64,000 nt of DNA from Corallochytrium limacisporum Hawaii. Lineage: Eukaryota > Protista > Pluriformea. The notes below the pieces were generated by a model. The model saw only the letters and a program-made list of their open reading frames with translations, did no database searches and was not told where the DNA came from. The stretch is from positions 53,802 to 117,801 of the forward strand of contig PDIP01000057.1 in the NCBI GenBank assembly GCA_002811645.1, given 5' to 3'. Position 1 is the first letter of the stretch; each line of letters starts with the position of its first letter. Below are positions 33,001 to 45,233 of this stretch, in pieces. Position numbers and translations under genes: made by a program.

Positions 33001-36000
33001 GGTCAGCGGGCTGGCTTCCAGCATGCCCCTGTCGCTTTCGAAACCCCCATTCCCCTCCGCTTTGGCTTCCTGCGCGCATGCATGCACTGGCCGGTTGGAA
33101 CTTGCAGTCTCTTTCGTTTCCTTTTGTGTATGTTTTGGTTCGTACTCGTCGCATATCACGACAGCAGGATGGCACATCTGTGCAGCGTCTGCAGCTGCAG
33201 AGTACCCGCTCTTCGTCAAGACGCAGCCTAATAATTCCATTGCCTAGCACAGCTGGTTCGCATACTTCGCGTCCGCCGTCGGCAAATCGTCATCATTCGT
33301 CCAGAGCGCACACGCGTAAGGCCCGCGGGTTAGTTTTTGGTAATGCTCAAGGCGAAGGTTGGCACAGGACGGGTATGGTTCGTCAGGCTCTCTATGCGCA
33401 TAAGAAACAGCGAAGATCCGCCCCATCCAAACATTGATGTGACCTTCGTGCCTACTCTATTGTGATGCAGTCTTTCGTTGGCAGCGCTCAACTTGAGAAG
33501 GCCACTGTGACTGTGGGTGACTGCGACCCATTCCCAGCCGTAGTCCGTGCACATCACCTCCAGTTGCACACGGCAGTGAAGATTCACCGCTTTCGTATTT
33601 GGTGTACGAAGGGATTACAAAGGAGTACCGTGGGTGTCCAATATGCGCCGACGGAACAATGGTCTGCAGAGATTTGTTGCGCTGGAAGAAGTCCGTAATA
33701 TTGCGCACACTCGTCAGCTAGTACTAATTGTATAGTGGACTCTCGAAGAAAGTCGTAGGTGGGATGGTACATTAAGTACGCTCTGTCTGGCCATAATCCT
33801 GTTGCACTGGCCAAATTCGTCGTATGTATCATAACAGCCGCTGGCGAAGATTGTAAGACGTAAGAACAATAGCGTAGTAACTGTGGTGCGCGCAGAAAAT
33901 TTGCTACCTGTTTCGGTCTCTGCCATTGAAAAAGTCCTTCCACTCTGAGCACAGCTCCAATTGAGGAACACAGGCGTCCGGAATGTGGGAGGAGAGTAGT
34001 GTGGAGGGGAACCGGTTGCAAGGCGACCTTGTCCCTGTTTACGTCTGCGCTCACTATTCTCCCTTGCCAAAAACTGGAATCAAAAGTTGCTATCAAGTGA
34101 ATGGTGAAAGTCGAAAACAATGGGAACAGAATCTCACTAGCACGGCATCGACTCGCCCGCCCTAATAGGGATATAAAGTGTGGGTGTGGAAGTTTGTAGC
34201 GGGGGATGCAAGCCGTTCTCTACGGCAACAAACTTTTCGAGTAGGTGAGGGCTTGCAAAGTTATCTCAAGCAGGAGCATGTGGAGAAGTCGTGGGTGGCA
34301 GGGATACTGGCGATGAGTATTGTACGCAGGTGAGGAAAGGTACAGATAGATCACTCATATTCGCACCCGCGCCAAATCTGGGACATGGTTAGAAAATAGC
34401 AGATCAGAACAGAACACTGTTGTCGCAGCCATTCTATCAGACGATGAGATCGGCGAAACGAGAGAGTTGCACGGGGTCGATGTGCTTCGTCTCCCAAGAC
34501 TCTCTATAGTTTTTCTACTCACCGTTGAGCTGTGACTCATTGTAGTACTCGTGCTTCCGCGAACTTTTAGAATTGCTTAATTCTGATACCGGATCTTGCT
34601 TCGAAAAAGAGACTGTTTCCTCTATGACTTTTACATTCTCTGCTCTTGTTAAGAAGCAGGTCAGCGATATCCCTTGTCGGACTGGGATAAGAGATTGGTT
34701 GGGCTGGAATCCTTCGGTTCGTATTGCAGCAACAGGTCATGATTCTATGGGCTACAAATTCACTATTGAAGTTGACGAAACTTGGTGAGATGTGCTGTTA
34801 AGAACACCGTCCAACCCCAACCAGCCGTTGTTCCGGACATTCATGTGGTGGGCTTCGAAACTTCTCTGACGTATTTGGTGAGGTTCCACACTGGTTAATC
34901 CAAACAGGGAATTTATGGTGTGATGTATACAGAAAGTTTCGGTTGGGACGCGTGTGGTTAACAGTTATTCTTGCGGTTGTGTAAAATCACACCGTGAGTC
35001 CTAGGGCGCAGATCAGAAGCAGAGACGCCCGAAATAGAGGAGGGAGAATGCAAGAAAGGCTGTAGTCCTGCTAGCTATCCATGGATGCCAAACCATGGCG
35101 ATCCTTACCTTTCTTCTCCGGCTTTCTAGTGCTTGCTTCTCTATGCCAATCCGTCAGCGTACGCTGGCTGTTCTGTTCTTTTTGCCATGGATGCCACTGT
35201 GAAGTGGTAAAGGGAAGCGCAGAAATGGCCCAACCAATACCGAGCCCATGTCAAATGGACATTCCAGTCATAGGTTTTCTGTGAGGAATGCCCCTATACA
35301 ATTCCAGATGCTCTCCGCTTTCTTCTCGGGTAGTTTGGTTCTGTACTTGATCTCCGTGGGCAGCAACCCGACACGCATGGTATTGCTGCGCAGTTGTAGA
35401 GTTAGTGCAAACTGGGCGTGCATTAAGCTTTTGAGTCTCTATATCTATGGAGATGAGGACAAATCCCCTTACAAAGAAGCAGTGAGGGAAGGACCCGACG
35501 CCCGGGCTTTACAGCGTCAGCTCACTCCCGAACCCAAAGAGACACACCACCGAACTGACGCAGTGCCGGGAAGTGGCTCCAGAACGAGCACGATACAGTA
35601 ATGTTTCTGTTTAATTTCTTTTCTAAGTTTCCCATTGCTCCCTTGAACAGAGACGTTTTGCCCGGAATGAGCACTACGGCTTCACTGGATATCTATCTCG
35701 ACACTTCCTGCTGCCAACCCAGTCTATACTTTCCCTCAGTCTGCAAGCATTCATTGGATAAAGCGGTCTAGTTACCCACGAGATGGTTCCGCTCTGAAAC
35801 GCAGTTCGTCAATTCCAGTGTTCTCGCGGAAGGTATTTTCGAGGAGCTCTCCATACGGTAACAATGAAATCCACGACAGGTCACCAGCTAGATGTCGTGG
35901 GCGTGATCTAAAAACCAGTTCGCCTGGTCCATTTCCAAAGTATAGCATCGCTTCCGTGTAGCAAAGGAACAGGTTTCTTGAGCAGTCGGCAATTGAGATT

Positions 36001-39000
36001 GTTGTGGCTCCGACAACGGCAACACGAGAGGCCAAGCCTCATATTCTTTCCTTGGCAGATCGTTGAACAAGAGTGGGCAAGAAGCTATGTGTTTACCACC
36101 GAAAACACCAATTTCCGGGACCTCCCCGTCTTTTCCCGTGGCCGTCGTATTTTCCGCTCATATTAACCCAGGCAGGCTTTTAAAAGTAGATCAATTCTTG
36201 ATGTGCAGGACAATGTTGCTATTCTGACCATAGTGTGGTGGCCATCGTAGTCGCTACCGGGCGTCTGTGGGGTAGTGGGACATACCATATCGATGTGTTC
36301 GTGTCGATGATCGCTATTGGACCTTTTGTAAACTAGTTGTATCCGAGAATGGACATGTCGTCCTGCTAAAACACCAAGGAACCCAGTATTCCTTGAGTCT
36401 GTTGTGCCCAACAGGAAAGGAAAAAAATCAAACACACACTGCGACGAGCTTACGATCCCGCGGAGAGATGGATCATGATGTCAACCACTTGAAGAAAAAA
36501 TCAACCACTTTGGCGTCAAGACTTCCCTTTGCATTATTGCCAGACCCAATCCCTCTCGCTTCCCATGCTCACGATCTGGCCAACAGTTGACTCGCAATTG
36601 CCCCTGGCCCCAACATCCGTTTTCAAGAGTGCGGGCATATAGCTCACGGTAAGTTTGGTCACATAACCACAGCGGACTTTGGACTTTTGTTGTTGCATGC
36701 CGCCCTCCCAGGGGAGGTGAAGGGCTGGGTCACAAATTTCTAGCTCGCGACCTCCGCGACTGTCAAAAGAAATCTATACAGGCGTGCTTGACAGGGCGCG
36801 CTGTCCATTGCTTGCTGAGAAATTCACTTCATACGCAAATCTCAAGGCGGGATTTTCCTGCATGGTCTGCAGAATTTTCAGACCATGTTTTGGATATACG
36901 ATGAACCAGCAGGAAGAAGTCTATCGTACCGAATTTATACAATCAAGTTTGGAAGAATTGGAACCTTGGCCTAAGATTTGACCCATCCCTCTGAGATAGC
37001 TCCTTTTACTATAGAAGCGAGTCTGAGAACTGTAAATGATCACCACCAGTCGCCGGGCCACAAGGTTCCAAACTTCGAAAGTACGGTGTGTGCAGTGTGG
37101 ATCTTAGCCCGCAATGGTCATCGGGAGTTTTGAACTAGTCTTATTGCGGTATGAGCCAACAGTTCCTCTCTGTGTAAGTTTCCCGTGAAACCTAGAGGAG
37201 GGGAGTCTCGAGCGGGATCGGAATTGATTGCGAGGAAAGTGTCGAACCATGTTTGATCTCTCGGTTCCAGGACATCCGACTCGGAGGCTTGAAGGGGTCC
37301 GCGTCGACGTTCCGCCTTCGACCTCCGTTGCTTGTCGTTGCTAGCAGCCGGTAGTAGTGGGACACAGAGCCGGGCTACTGACTGCGGCATGGACACGTTC
37401 ATAAATCTGAATACGCCATGGAAAGGCCTTCCCAACGAAATGTTTACAATTCGTCACTCTTGATGTGTTTTCTACGCTTTATGAAGCTGTTTGAAAAAAC
37501 GAGGTTTGTCCGCGAAGTTTGGCTACCATCAAAAGCACAGGTGCCTTTGAATACTAATTTCTTCTATTCATTCTACTACTGGCCGACCGGTCCCAGATGG
37601 ACTACGAAAGTTCCATTCGGCTTCACGAGAACTCTGATTGTACCTGGAGGCCAAACCCTTCGTTAACTCTCGCGCAAAGATCAGGCACCAACCCCTTCAT
37701 GGCAATTCCCCGACGATCTAACGAAGTGCACAAATAAAATCCTGGCGATCCCATATGCTTGCATGATAACTGCCGGCTTCGACAGGTGAAGATCTGGCGT
37801 GCGTTCCTCTTAAAACAGCTCTCGAACGAATCAAACGCGATGGGTAACACCTCACCCGGCATCGGAGACATGGTGATCACCAATGGACATCGCGCACTTC
37901 CCGTGAATGTGCATTCACAGGCCCTGAGTGCTCCATGGAATACAACTGGCGTTCAAAGTACTTGCGAGTGAAGAGGGCTGGTCCGGATTCAAATCGGTAC
38001 GTGCATACATTATAGCCATGGTGATCAAGGCTCCGGGCACTTCCGAACGACTCTCTCTTTTGAAATCAAAACCACACTGGCCCCCCCCAAATCCACGGTC
38101 AATATATTTATCAATATAATTGATCTATATAATTTATGGGTTTGATTTTGTTCTGATTGATTTGATTGATTTCTCACAGTTGTGGTGCCGCTGTTAGCAA
38201 AACGGGCATCCGTCCAAACTGCTTCTGATCGGGTTGATACCATCTCTTGCAATAAAGACATGAAGATGTATTAACAGCGGTGGGCACGATAATCAGCGAA
38301 CCCCGTGTTGCGACGAAAGAGCAAGGGACCCGAACACCAATAAAATCTTTCTGCATCGCTCTCCAGCGAGCTGGTGATCCCTATTTTTCCATACATTCAA
38401 ATGATATTAATGTAAATAAAGCCCTCAAACGACTGGCTCCATAAGTTTGCCATGCCTCTTTGTTTCCGACTCTCTCCATGTTGCGCACTCACATTCCTGC
38501 ACACGCTCTAGAGCCACTGCCACGAGCACACGTATAGGCTACATACCCGTGGCATGTCCAACTCACTTACGGCGGCCTGGTCAGTGCGAAATTTTGTGAT
38601 TGTCCGTCGCTTTACCCGTGTTGTGAAGAGCTATCTTGGTCAAACCCAAACGCTCACCCAAACTGCCCGCGTGAATTCCTGCTAACTGATTGCGTATCAG
38701 AGTTATGGTGTGTCCTATGAATGTGATCTGTCGGGTATCTTTCAGCGAATGGTTCCGCACCTCGGTGAGCTGTCTTTGGACTCAAAAAGAAACTTAGGAG
38801 TTTTGTTAGCGCTCACAGACTAGCCTCCCTTCTGGAGGCAGCACGTAGCAGGTCCCCTCGTCTGTAGCACTCTGGGCTCAAAAATAGAACATTGAGAGCA
38901 TCCATTTTAGGCCCGCATTCTCTCCGTTCGGAGGACTGTTGTATATGCGTTGTAGTCATATTCAGCATCGTGGTGCACAAGAAATATGGAGACAAAGCGT

Positions 39001-40497
39001 GCAGTCTGTGTAGTGCCGAAGACACCTCTCCGGAAAAAGGTGAATCATGTAGAGAGATCGGGCCAGTCCGTCCCCGTGTGTGATCGCTCTCGCATTCGCC
39101 GAGTGACTGCACCCTTCCGGTCCCCCTAGTCGGTTGGGCATGCTCACTCTACGGGTCCTTTACGTCGTTCCGCCCTCCTCGTTCCTTCTCCCCGTGTTCC
39201 GACCGACCCCTTTTTTTGGCTTCCTCACTCTCTTCTGGTACTGAATCTAGCCACCGGAGGATTTTTTTTGCCACCATCAAAACCGTCCAGGCTCGGAAGC
39301 GCCTTGCGGCGAGTTTCTATTTTTATCTCTGCACACTCCTACTGCACTGCAGACGAAGTACGTTTTAGGGGCCAAAGAGGCGGCGAAGAGAGGGAAGTGG
39401 AGGGGACTGGTAGAGGGGGGATGGGATACACGCCCGGCCCAGAGAGAGTATGCGAGAGAACTGCGAGAAACAGAGAACTCAGTACAAAAAGTGCATGAGT
39501 AGCCGCAAAAGAGTTCGAACGGAAACAAACCCGAGACTTCCGCACAGGGCGGCGCGCGTGACGAAGCGCGATACCTAGTAAAAGTCAGTCGCCTTGGGGA
39601 ACGCCGGAGAGGGGGGGTATTATCAGTGGGTGGGACAGAAAAGTGGGAGGGGGACGGAGGCGGAACAAAAAGTAAGGGAGGGCCCAAGGAATGGTGGGCG
39701 GCTGTGTCCCGTGCGCTGTCCAAACCCCGGACCCGCTGTTCGGATCCTCGGGGTCCCAGGTTTTTTTTTTCAGATCAGTGTCGTGTTGGCAACTCCGGTC
39801 TGAAAATTTTGGAACATGTTTGTAACCATAGTAGAGTATATACAATTCATTTAGTATACAATTTGATTCTTATGAAAAAGGAGACCTGTCGTATGAAAAT
39901 GTGGTTTGGAGGTCAATTGGGAGGGAATTGGGGGCTTGGTGGAGGTGGAAATCTTCCGCGGGTGGCCAGACTGACGGCTCAGTGCTGCTCGGTGCGTAAA
40001 GCATCGGTACACAAATCGCACACATGCACTGACTTTTCGCAGAGAGCCATGCACTTCTGTCTCGCCTAGGATGCTCCTTACACGTTGTCATCTCCACAAA
40101 CCATCCTCTTTGGCCGGAGTTACCAGCACTACTTTGGGGCAAAAGTATCCTCGCCCCCGTTGACCGTACTGTGGCCTGGTTAAATTTTTTGTTGCGCACA
40201 GTACAATGTGAATTGTCAACCACAGGCGATTCTTTTTTTGGAGTTCGCCAACACCGGCAATTTAGTGACGTTCTGTGGATTACAGTATGATCTAGGAAGA
40301 CACTATCGATGACAAAGAGGAACCAGCTCCTCACACTATAGCCTGAAATTGCAGGGCAAGTTGGTGATCAGTTTTGTGGTATTTCATTGGCATTAGTCGT
40401 CTGCCATGTCCATTCAGCACAAATTTGCTGATAGTATGGGAACTTGGGATCAACACTACTTAGAATCGTTTTTGTGTTCCTGTTTAACTAGATAACC

Positions 40498-42537
40498 ATG
40501 CCTCACGACGTCACTGCCGACATGAATGCTGAGCGCAAGCAAGCAAGCTTCAACCCCGAAGACCTGACTGTTCAGTTCTACGGCGGTGAGGCATACTTGG
40601 CCAAACGTCGCGCCCTCCTCGAGAAACTGAGCCAGTACGAGGAGTTTCGTCTCAGTGATATGTACTTCTGGAGCCAGGAGGAGTACATCACCAATGCGTA
40701 CAAGCTCGTGAACCTTCGCTTGAAGTTTGTTCAGGAAAATCATCTCGAGAACGACCCGGAGGCTCTTCGCATTATTTCCCAGTCTGTCCCCATGCATTTG
40801 CCCGATGGTTTGCACGCCGGTATGTTCATGCCCACCATTGACATGCAGGCTACTGATGAGCAGAAGGCCAAGTGGCTGCCCAAGTGCAAGAGCTACGAAT
40901 GGATCGGTACTTACGCTCAGACTGAGCTGGGCCACGGTTCGTATTTGCGCGGTTTGGAGACTACTGCTACATACGACAAGAAGACGCAAGAGTTTGTGAT
41001 CCACACCCCGAGCGTTAGCGGCAACAAATACTGGCCTGGTGGTCTGGCTAAGACCACTAACATGGTTGTCCTCATGGCCCAACTGGTCATTGATGGCAAG
41101 TCCCTCGGCCCTCACCCATTCCTGGTGCAGATCCGTGACCACAAGACCCATCGCCCCATGCCTGGTGTCACCCTGCGCGACATTGGCCCTAAGGCTGGCT
41201 TCGCGAGCATTGATAACGGTATGGCTTCCTTCAATAACGTACGCATTCCTCGGGAGAACATGCTCATGCGCTTCAGTCAGGTCACCCCCGACGGTAAGTA
41301 TGTGCAGCCTCCCGTTGACAAGATTGCTTATGCATCCATGATGATGGTCCGCGCCTGGATTGTATCTGGTGCCGCGGATCAGTTGGCTCACGCCTCTACC
41401 ATTGCTGTGCGCTACAGCATTGCTCGCCGCCAGTTCCACGAGGGTGATAACGCTGCAGAGACCAAGATTCTGGACTACCAGAACCAGCAGTACTACCTGT
41501 TCCCCTTGATTGCCCAAGCTCACTGCTTCTACTACGTCAAGGGCTACATGAACGAGCTGTTCCAGGACAACCAATCCCGCATGTTGAACCATGACTTCAG
41601 CCTGTTGGCTGAATGCCACGCTGTGAGCTCCGGCCTGAAGGCGGTAACCACTTGGAAGGCCGCAGCTGGCATGGAACTGGCCCGCAAGACCCTCGGTGGC
41701 CAGGGATACAACAAATTCTCCGGTCTGTGCCAGCAGACTCAGGACTATCTGCCAGCATGCACCTATGAGGGTGAGAACAACATTTTGCTCATCCAGACCG
41801 GTCGCTATCTGTTGAAGATGGCTGAGGTTGGCCAGAAGAAGCCTGAGTTCCTGAGCCCCTCCACCAAGTACCTCGCCGATCTCAAGAGTGAGATCTTTGC
41901 CAAGTGCAAGGCTCAAACCAAGGGGGACATGGCGAGTCTGGACAACCTGGAAGCTGCCTTCCGCCACGTCGCTGCACGCAAGGCCGGTTATGTTGCACAG
42001 GCCTTCTACAAGGCTATGGTCACTGGCAAGAGCGCCGACGAGGCCCGCAACATGTTCGCTCTTGACCTCATCCAGGCTGCCCAGGCCCACTGCAACTATC
42101 TCATGGTCCAGGCCTTTGTCAAGGGAGTCAATGACTACAGTGGCCCTGCTGCCACCAAGGCTGTCCTGAACCGCCTGTGCATCTTGTACTGCGTGACTGA
42201 GATTGAGCAGAACCTTGGCGACTTCATGATTGACTCGTACTTCACCGCTGCTCAGGCTGAGCAAGCACGGGAACTGCTTAAGGAGCTGCTGGCTGCTATC
42301 CGCCCCGATGCTCTGGCTCTGGTCGATGCCTTCGACCTGCCCGACTGGGTCCTCCGCTCTGCCCTTGGCCGCGCTGATGGCCGTGCCTATGAGGCGATCG
42401 CTGCGTGGGCCGAGGATGCTCCTCTTAACAAGTATGAAATCCTTCCCGGTTGGGAGCAGTACATCCGCCCCGTCATGGGCAAGGTTGGTACCCCTGCACT
42501 GCTTACCAGTACTACTGGCCAGGCCTCTCGTCTGTAG
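40498..42537 (+). CDS. ACOX1: Peroxisomal acyl-CoA oxidase
   Basis: GTYAQTELGHGS, KYWPGG, TIAVRYS..RRQF, catalytic TYEGEN, C-terminal PTS1 SRL. Exact paralogue uncertain. Confidence 0.95.
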   Translation: MPHDVTADMNAERKQASFNPEDLTVQFYGGEAYLAKRRALLEKLSQYEEFRLSDMYFWSQEEYITNAYKLVNLRLKFVQENHLENDPEALRIISQSVPMHLPDGLHAGMFMPTIDMQATDEQKAKWLPKCKSYEWIGTYAQTELGHGSYLRGLETTATYDKKTQEFVIHTPSVSGNKYWPGGLAKTTNMVVLMAQLVIDGKSLGPHPFLVQIRDHKTHRPMPGVTLRDIGPKAGFASIDNGMASFNNVRIPRENMLMRFSQVTPDGKYVQPPVDKIAYASMMMVRAWIVSGAADQLAHASTIAVRYSIARRQFHEGDNAAETKILDYQNQQYYLFPLIAQAHCFYYVKGYMNELFQDNQSRMLNHDFSLLAECHAVSSGLKAVTTWKAAAGMELARKTLGGQGYNKFSGLCQQTQDYLPACTYEGENNILLIQTGRYLLKMAEVGQKKPEFLSPSTKYLADLKSEIFAKCKAQTKGDMASLDNLEAAFRHVAARKAGYVAQAFYKAMVTGKSADEARNMFALDLIQAAQAHCNYLMVQAFVKGVNDYSGPAATKAVLNRLCILYCVTEIEQNLGDFMIDSYFTAAQAEQARELLKELLAAIRPDALALVDAFDLPDWVLRSALGRADGRAYEAIAAWAEDAPLNKYEILPGWEQYIRPVMGKVGTPALLTSTTGQASRL

Positions 42538-42781
42538 ATGAGTGGAATATACAGAAGCCGGCCCCTCATATCTCACATAGTTTCCCATTACTGACATTGG
42601 GTGTGTTTCTGTAAACACCGTGTGATCCATTTTTTGTTTTATCCAATTTATAAATCCTTTACATGATGATTATACAACGCAGATTTGAGCATTGTAAACT
42701 TGTTAGTGCTTGCATAGGTCTACTAGTCCACGAACGTGGCAAAATGGTGATCTGGCAAAAATGCATAGGAGTTGGAAAGGA

Positions 42782-43750
42782 TCACAATTCCGTTCGTGCT
42801 TCTGCAGGTTTTGCGCTGACCTGGCCAGAGATCCAGAAGTTCAAGTCCAGCAAAGGCTTGTAGTCGTGGTTGGCTATGACCTTCCTGAAATCCCCTGGCT
42901 TCCGGAGATCGCCTTTCCGCAAGCACTTTGGACACGTGCATTCACCCTTCCATTCGGCACCTGCAATCTTGTCCCAGATCTTAAACATAAATCCGGTATG
43001 ATAAGGCTTGTTATTGATGCTCTTGGCGTGGTGCAGATAATGCTGGGTTGCTAAGTTCAAGATGGTGCCATGCGGATCCATGAATGGTGTGCCCTCAGGG
43101 ACTTCATGGCCCCAATGCAGATATGTCCCATAGCAGTAGAAGAAGATAGCATACTCGACAAAGAGCACGTCTATGTTCAGGGGGAAAACCAGAGGCATAA
43201 ACAAGAGAGGGCTCGCACGAACGAACTGGTCAACGTACTCATCGGCAATGACACTGAAAGGGGTCGGGTTGTAGAAACGATGATGCGCCTTGTGGTGGAC
43301 CCAGAAGGTTTGAGTAGTGTGCCCGATGTAGTGGTATGCCCACTCAAAAAAATCGCTGAAGGCCCAGACACCGAGGAAAACGAACACCTGCTCCAACACG
43401 CCATTGTGCTGCTCAGGGAAACCGCAATATGCCTTGGACATGCCGTTATGGGCGAGGACAATACTGAGGGCCGGGCAGAACGTGGCAGTAGCCATGCCAC
43501 GGCACATGGTAAGGATCTCTTCCCGAACCTTCACGGCTGATGGGTACTCCGGATTGGACTTGCGAGTCCACTGTTCATACGTGGGCTCCCAGTAGTAGGC
43601 ATAGAAGACGGTTGCGCTCATCGTGATCACAGTGATCAACCCTGCTAAAGTCATTCCCAGCCAGGTCGCAATGAATAGCGTCGCACTTGACGCCAGGCCA
43701 GCTTTCGCATCCCCTGCTTCCCAAGGAAGAATATCGCAGAGAACCATCAT
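42782..43750 (-). CDS. Fatty acid hydroxylase / sterol desaturase superfamily protein (ERG3/SC5D-like)
   Basis: His boxes HYIGH, HKAHH, HWGH, HYLHH; WDKIAG; TM helices. Start at ATG 43750 or 43747. Confidence 0.9.
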   Translation of the reverse strand: MMVLCDILPWEAGDAKAGLASSATLFIATWLGMTLAGLITVITMSATVFYAYYWEPTYEQWTRKSNPEYPSAVKVREEILTMCRGMATATFCPALSIVLAHNGMSKAYCGFPEQHNGVLEQVFVFLGVWAFSDFFEWAYHYIGHTTQTFWVHHKAHHRFYNPTPFSVIADEYVDQFVRASPLLFMPLVFPLNIDVLFVEYAIFFYCYGTYLHWGHEVPEGTPFMDPHGTILNLATQHYLHHAKSINNKPYHTGFMFKIWDKIAGAEWKGECTCPKCLRKGDLRKPGDFRKVIANHDYKPLLDLNFWISGQVSAKPAEARTEL

Positions 43751-44434
43751 GAACAGAAGCAAAGTAGTTCAGCGATCAGAAACTCATCGGTTGCTAACCT
43801 CGCAATGAAAGGTCATGGTCCCTTGCCTTACCTTCTTTGGTACCTGAGCACCACCAGGTGACAGTGAATCGCTGTACTTGTCTCCAAGGACTCTGAAAGG
43901 ACTCTGGGAGAGCGAATTTGCACGACCGCAAGAAGATTTCGAAGTCCTCAGCCTCCAACCGCAACCACATCATAATATGGAGTCCGAGTGGCCTTTTCCG
44001 CTGTGCAGTTTCGCTTACGCATTCGTTGGGGCAGTCTTGGTGTCGTCCGTTGAAAAGAATGCGGGCAAGAACGGGAAGACCACACAAGAAGGGCGGGTCT
44101 GTACGCAAGCACCCACAGCAGGAACTCACACGACGTCCGTCCAACCGCCGCCGGGTGGGCCAGTCCCCGCCCCGAAGAAACTGTGTGTGCAGACAACTGT
44201 GCGTACGGTCGGTCCCGCTCGACCAGCCTTCCCCGTCTCGCCACCTCCTCCTTTCGTAGTGGGACAGATTGCGTTGCACACATTTTGCCTGCCATTTCAT
44301 AGTTGAATCCTTCGAGGTCTGGCTGATCCGAAGAGAATTGGGCTGAAACGGCATTAAACCTTCCCCCCCCCTTCCCTTTCCTTTTAGAGTTAAAAAATTG
44401 ATCTGTCGACCGGGACCAAACACCCCGGTGGCGG

Positions 44435-44464
44435 GGGTGTGTTTGGGTCGGGTGTGTTTGGGTC
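44435..44464. repeat. Perfect 15-bp tandem duplication (GGGTGTGTTTGGGTC)x2 in a divergent promoter
   Basis: Read directly. An imperfect inverted copy (GACCAAACACCCC) lies just upstream at ~44414-44426. Confidence 0.9.
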
Positions 44465-44681
44465 CAGGTACCCCTGACGGACCCTGTGGTGCGCGGAAGT
44501 GGCGCGAGCGATGTAATGGCAGAGGCCAGCTATGTGAGGAGTCACTGGTTGGTTGGACATCAAAAGGACACGTTTGTGACTGAGACAGTCTACGTATTGG
44601 GAAAAGTCGTAGTAATGTGGGCCTGTAAGATAACAGCAGAGATTTTATCTGTCCTGACCTGAAGGTCAAGAAACTGTAGAC

Positions 44682-45164
44682 ATGTCATTGTCACCACGAG
44701 CACATTTGCAACAGTATACAAGAGCATCTTCCACAGATGAAAACGCAATCGGAGCATCAGCTGAGCGTGCAGCCTATGGGCTCTTCATGTATGGTATGTC
44801 CTCAGTACTTTTGGCGATCTTGCTGCTATGGCCACTGCTTCCGAGGCCAGTTTCACAGTCACTCGACATCCCAACAGAGCTTCCCAACTGGCTGGGACGG
44901 GTAGGCAATGTATTGATCCTTACCTCAGTTACTGTGCCATTAATTTATGTAGCACTGTCCTTGTATCTCAGCCCTGCGCCCCATCACCGTTCCAGCATTG
45001 AAGACTTCTTTAACCTACACCGATCCGACGTTGGTAGTCAGTTGAGCGGGGCCGACCGACCAACGCCCATGGTGCCCCCTCTACGAGATGAGGACATTGT
45101 GAACATCTTCAAGCACAAGTATGAGCTGTCCCGGACGGAAGCCCTACACATTCTGAGAGGTTAA
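44682..45164 (+). CDS. PIGP: GPI-GlcNAc transferase subunit P (PIG-P/Gpi19)
   Basis: ERAAYGLFMYGMSS, two TM helices and VPPLRD match the PIG-P pattern (ERAIYGF..SS / IPALRD). Confidence 0.8.
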   Translation: MSLSPRAHLQQYTRASSTDENAIGASAERAAYGLFMYGMSSVLLAILLLWPLLPRPVSQSLDIPTELPNWLGRVGNVLILTSVTVPLIYVALSLYLSPAPHHRSSIEDFFNLHRSDVGSQLSGADRPTPMVPPLRDEDIVNIFKHKYELSRTEALHILRG

Positions 45165-45233
45165 AGAATCGACAAGTGGAATTAAAACTCGTATGTAATC
45201 TATGCTTTTGAATGTGTTACGTAATCTGTTCAT

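Noticed and set aside
21330-40450. Selenocysteine/UGA readthrough or a variant genetic code explaining the broken ORFs
   Set aside because: Fragments are interrupted by TAA/TAG and frameshifts too, and real genes here end in all three stop codons.
40456-42630. 724-aa ORF antisense to acyl-CoA oxidase
   Set aside because: Same codon-bias artefact; it is co-extensive with ACOX.
40498-43750. ACOX plus desaturase as a lipid gene cluster
   Set aside because: Only two convergent genes among unrelated housekeeping neighbours. Adjacency is not evidence.
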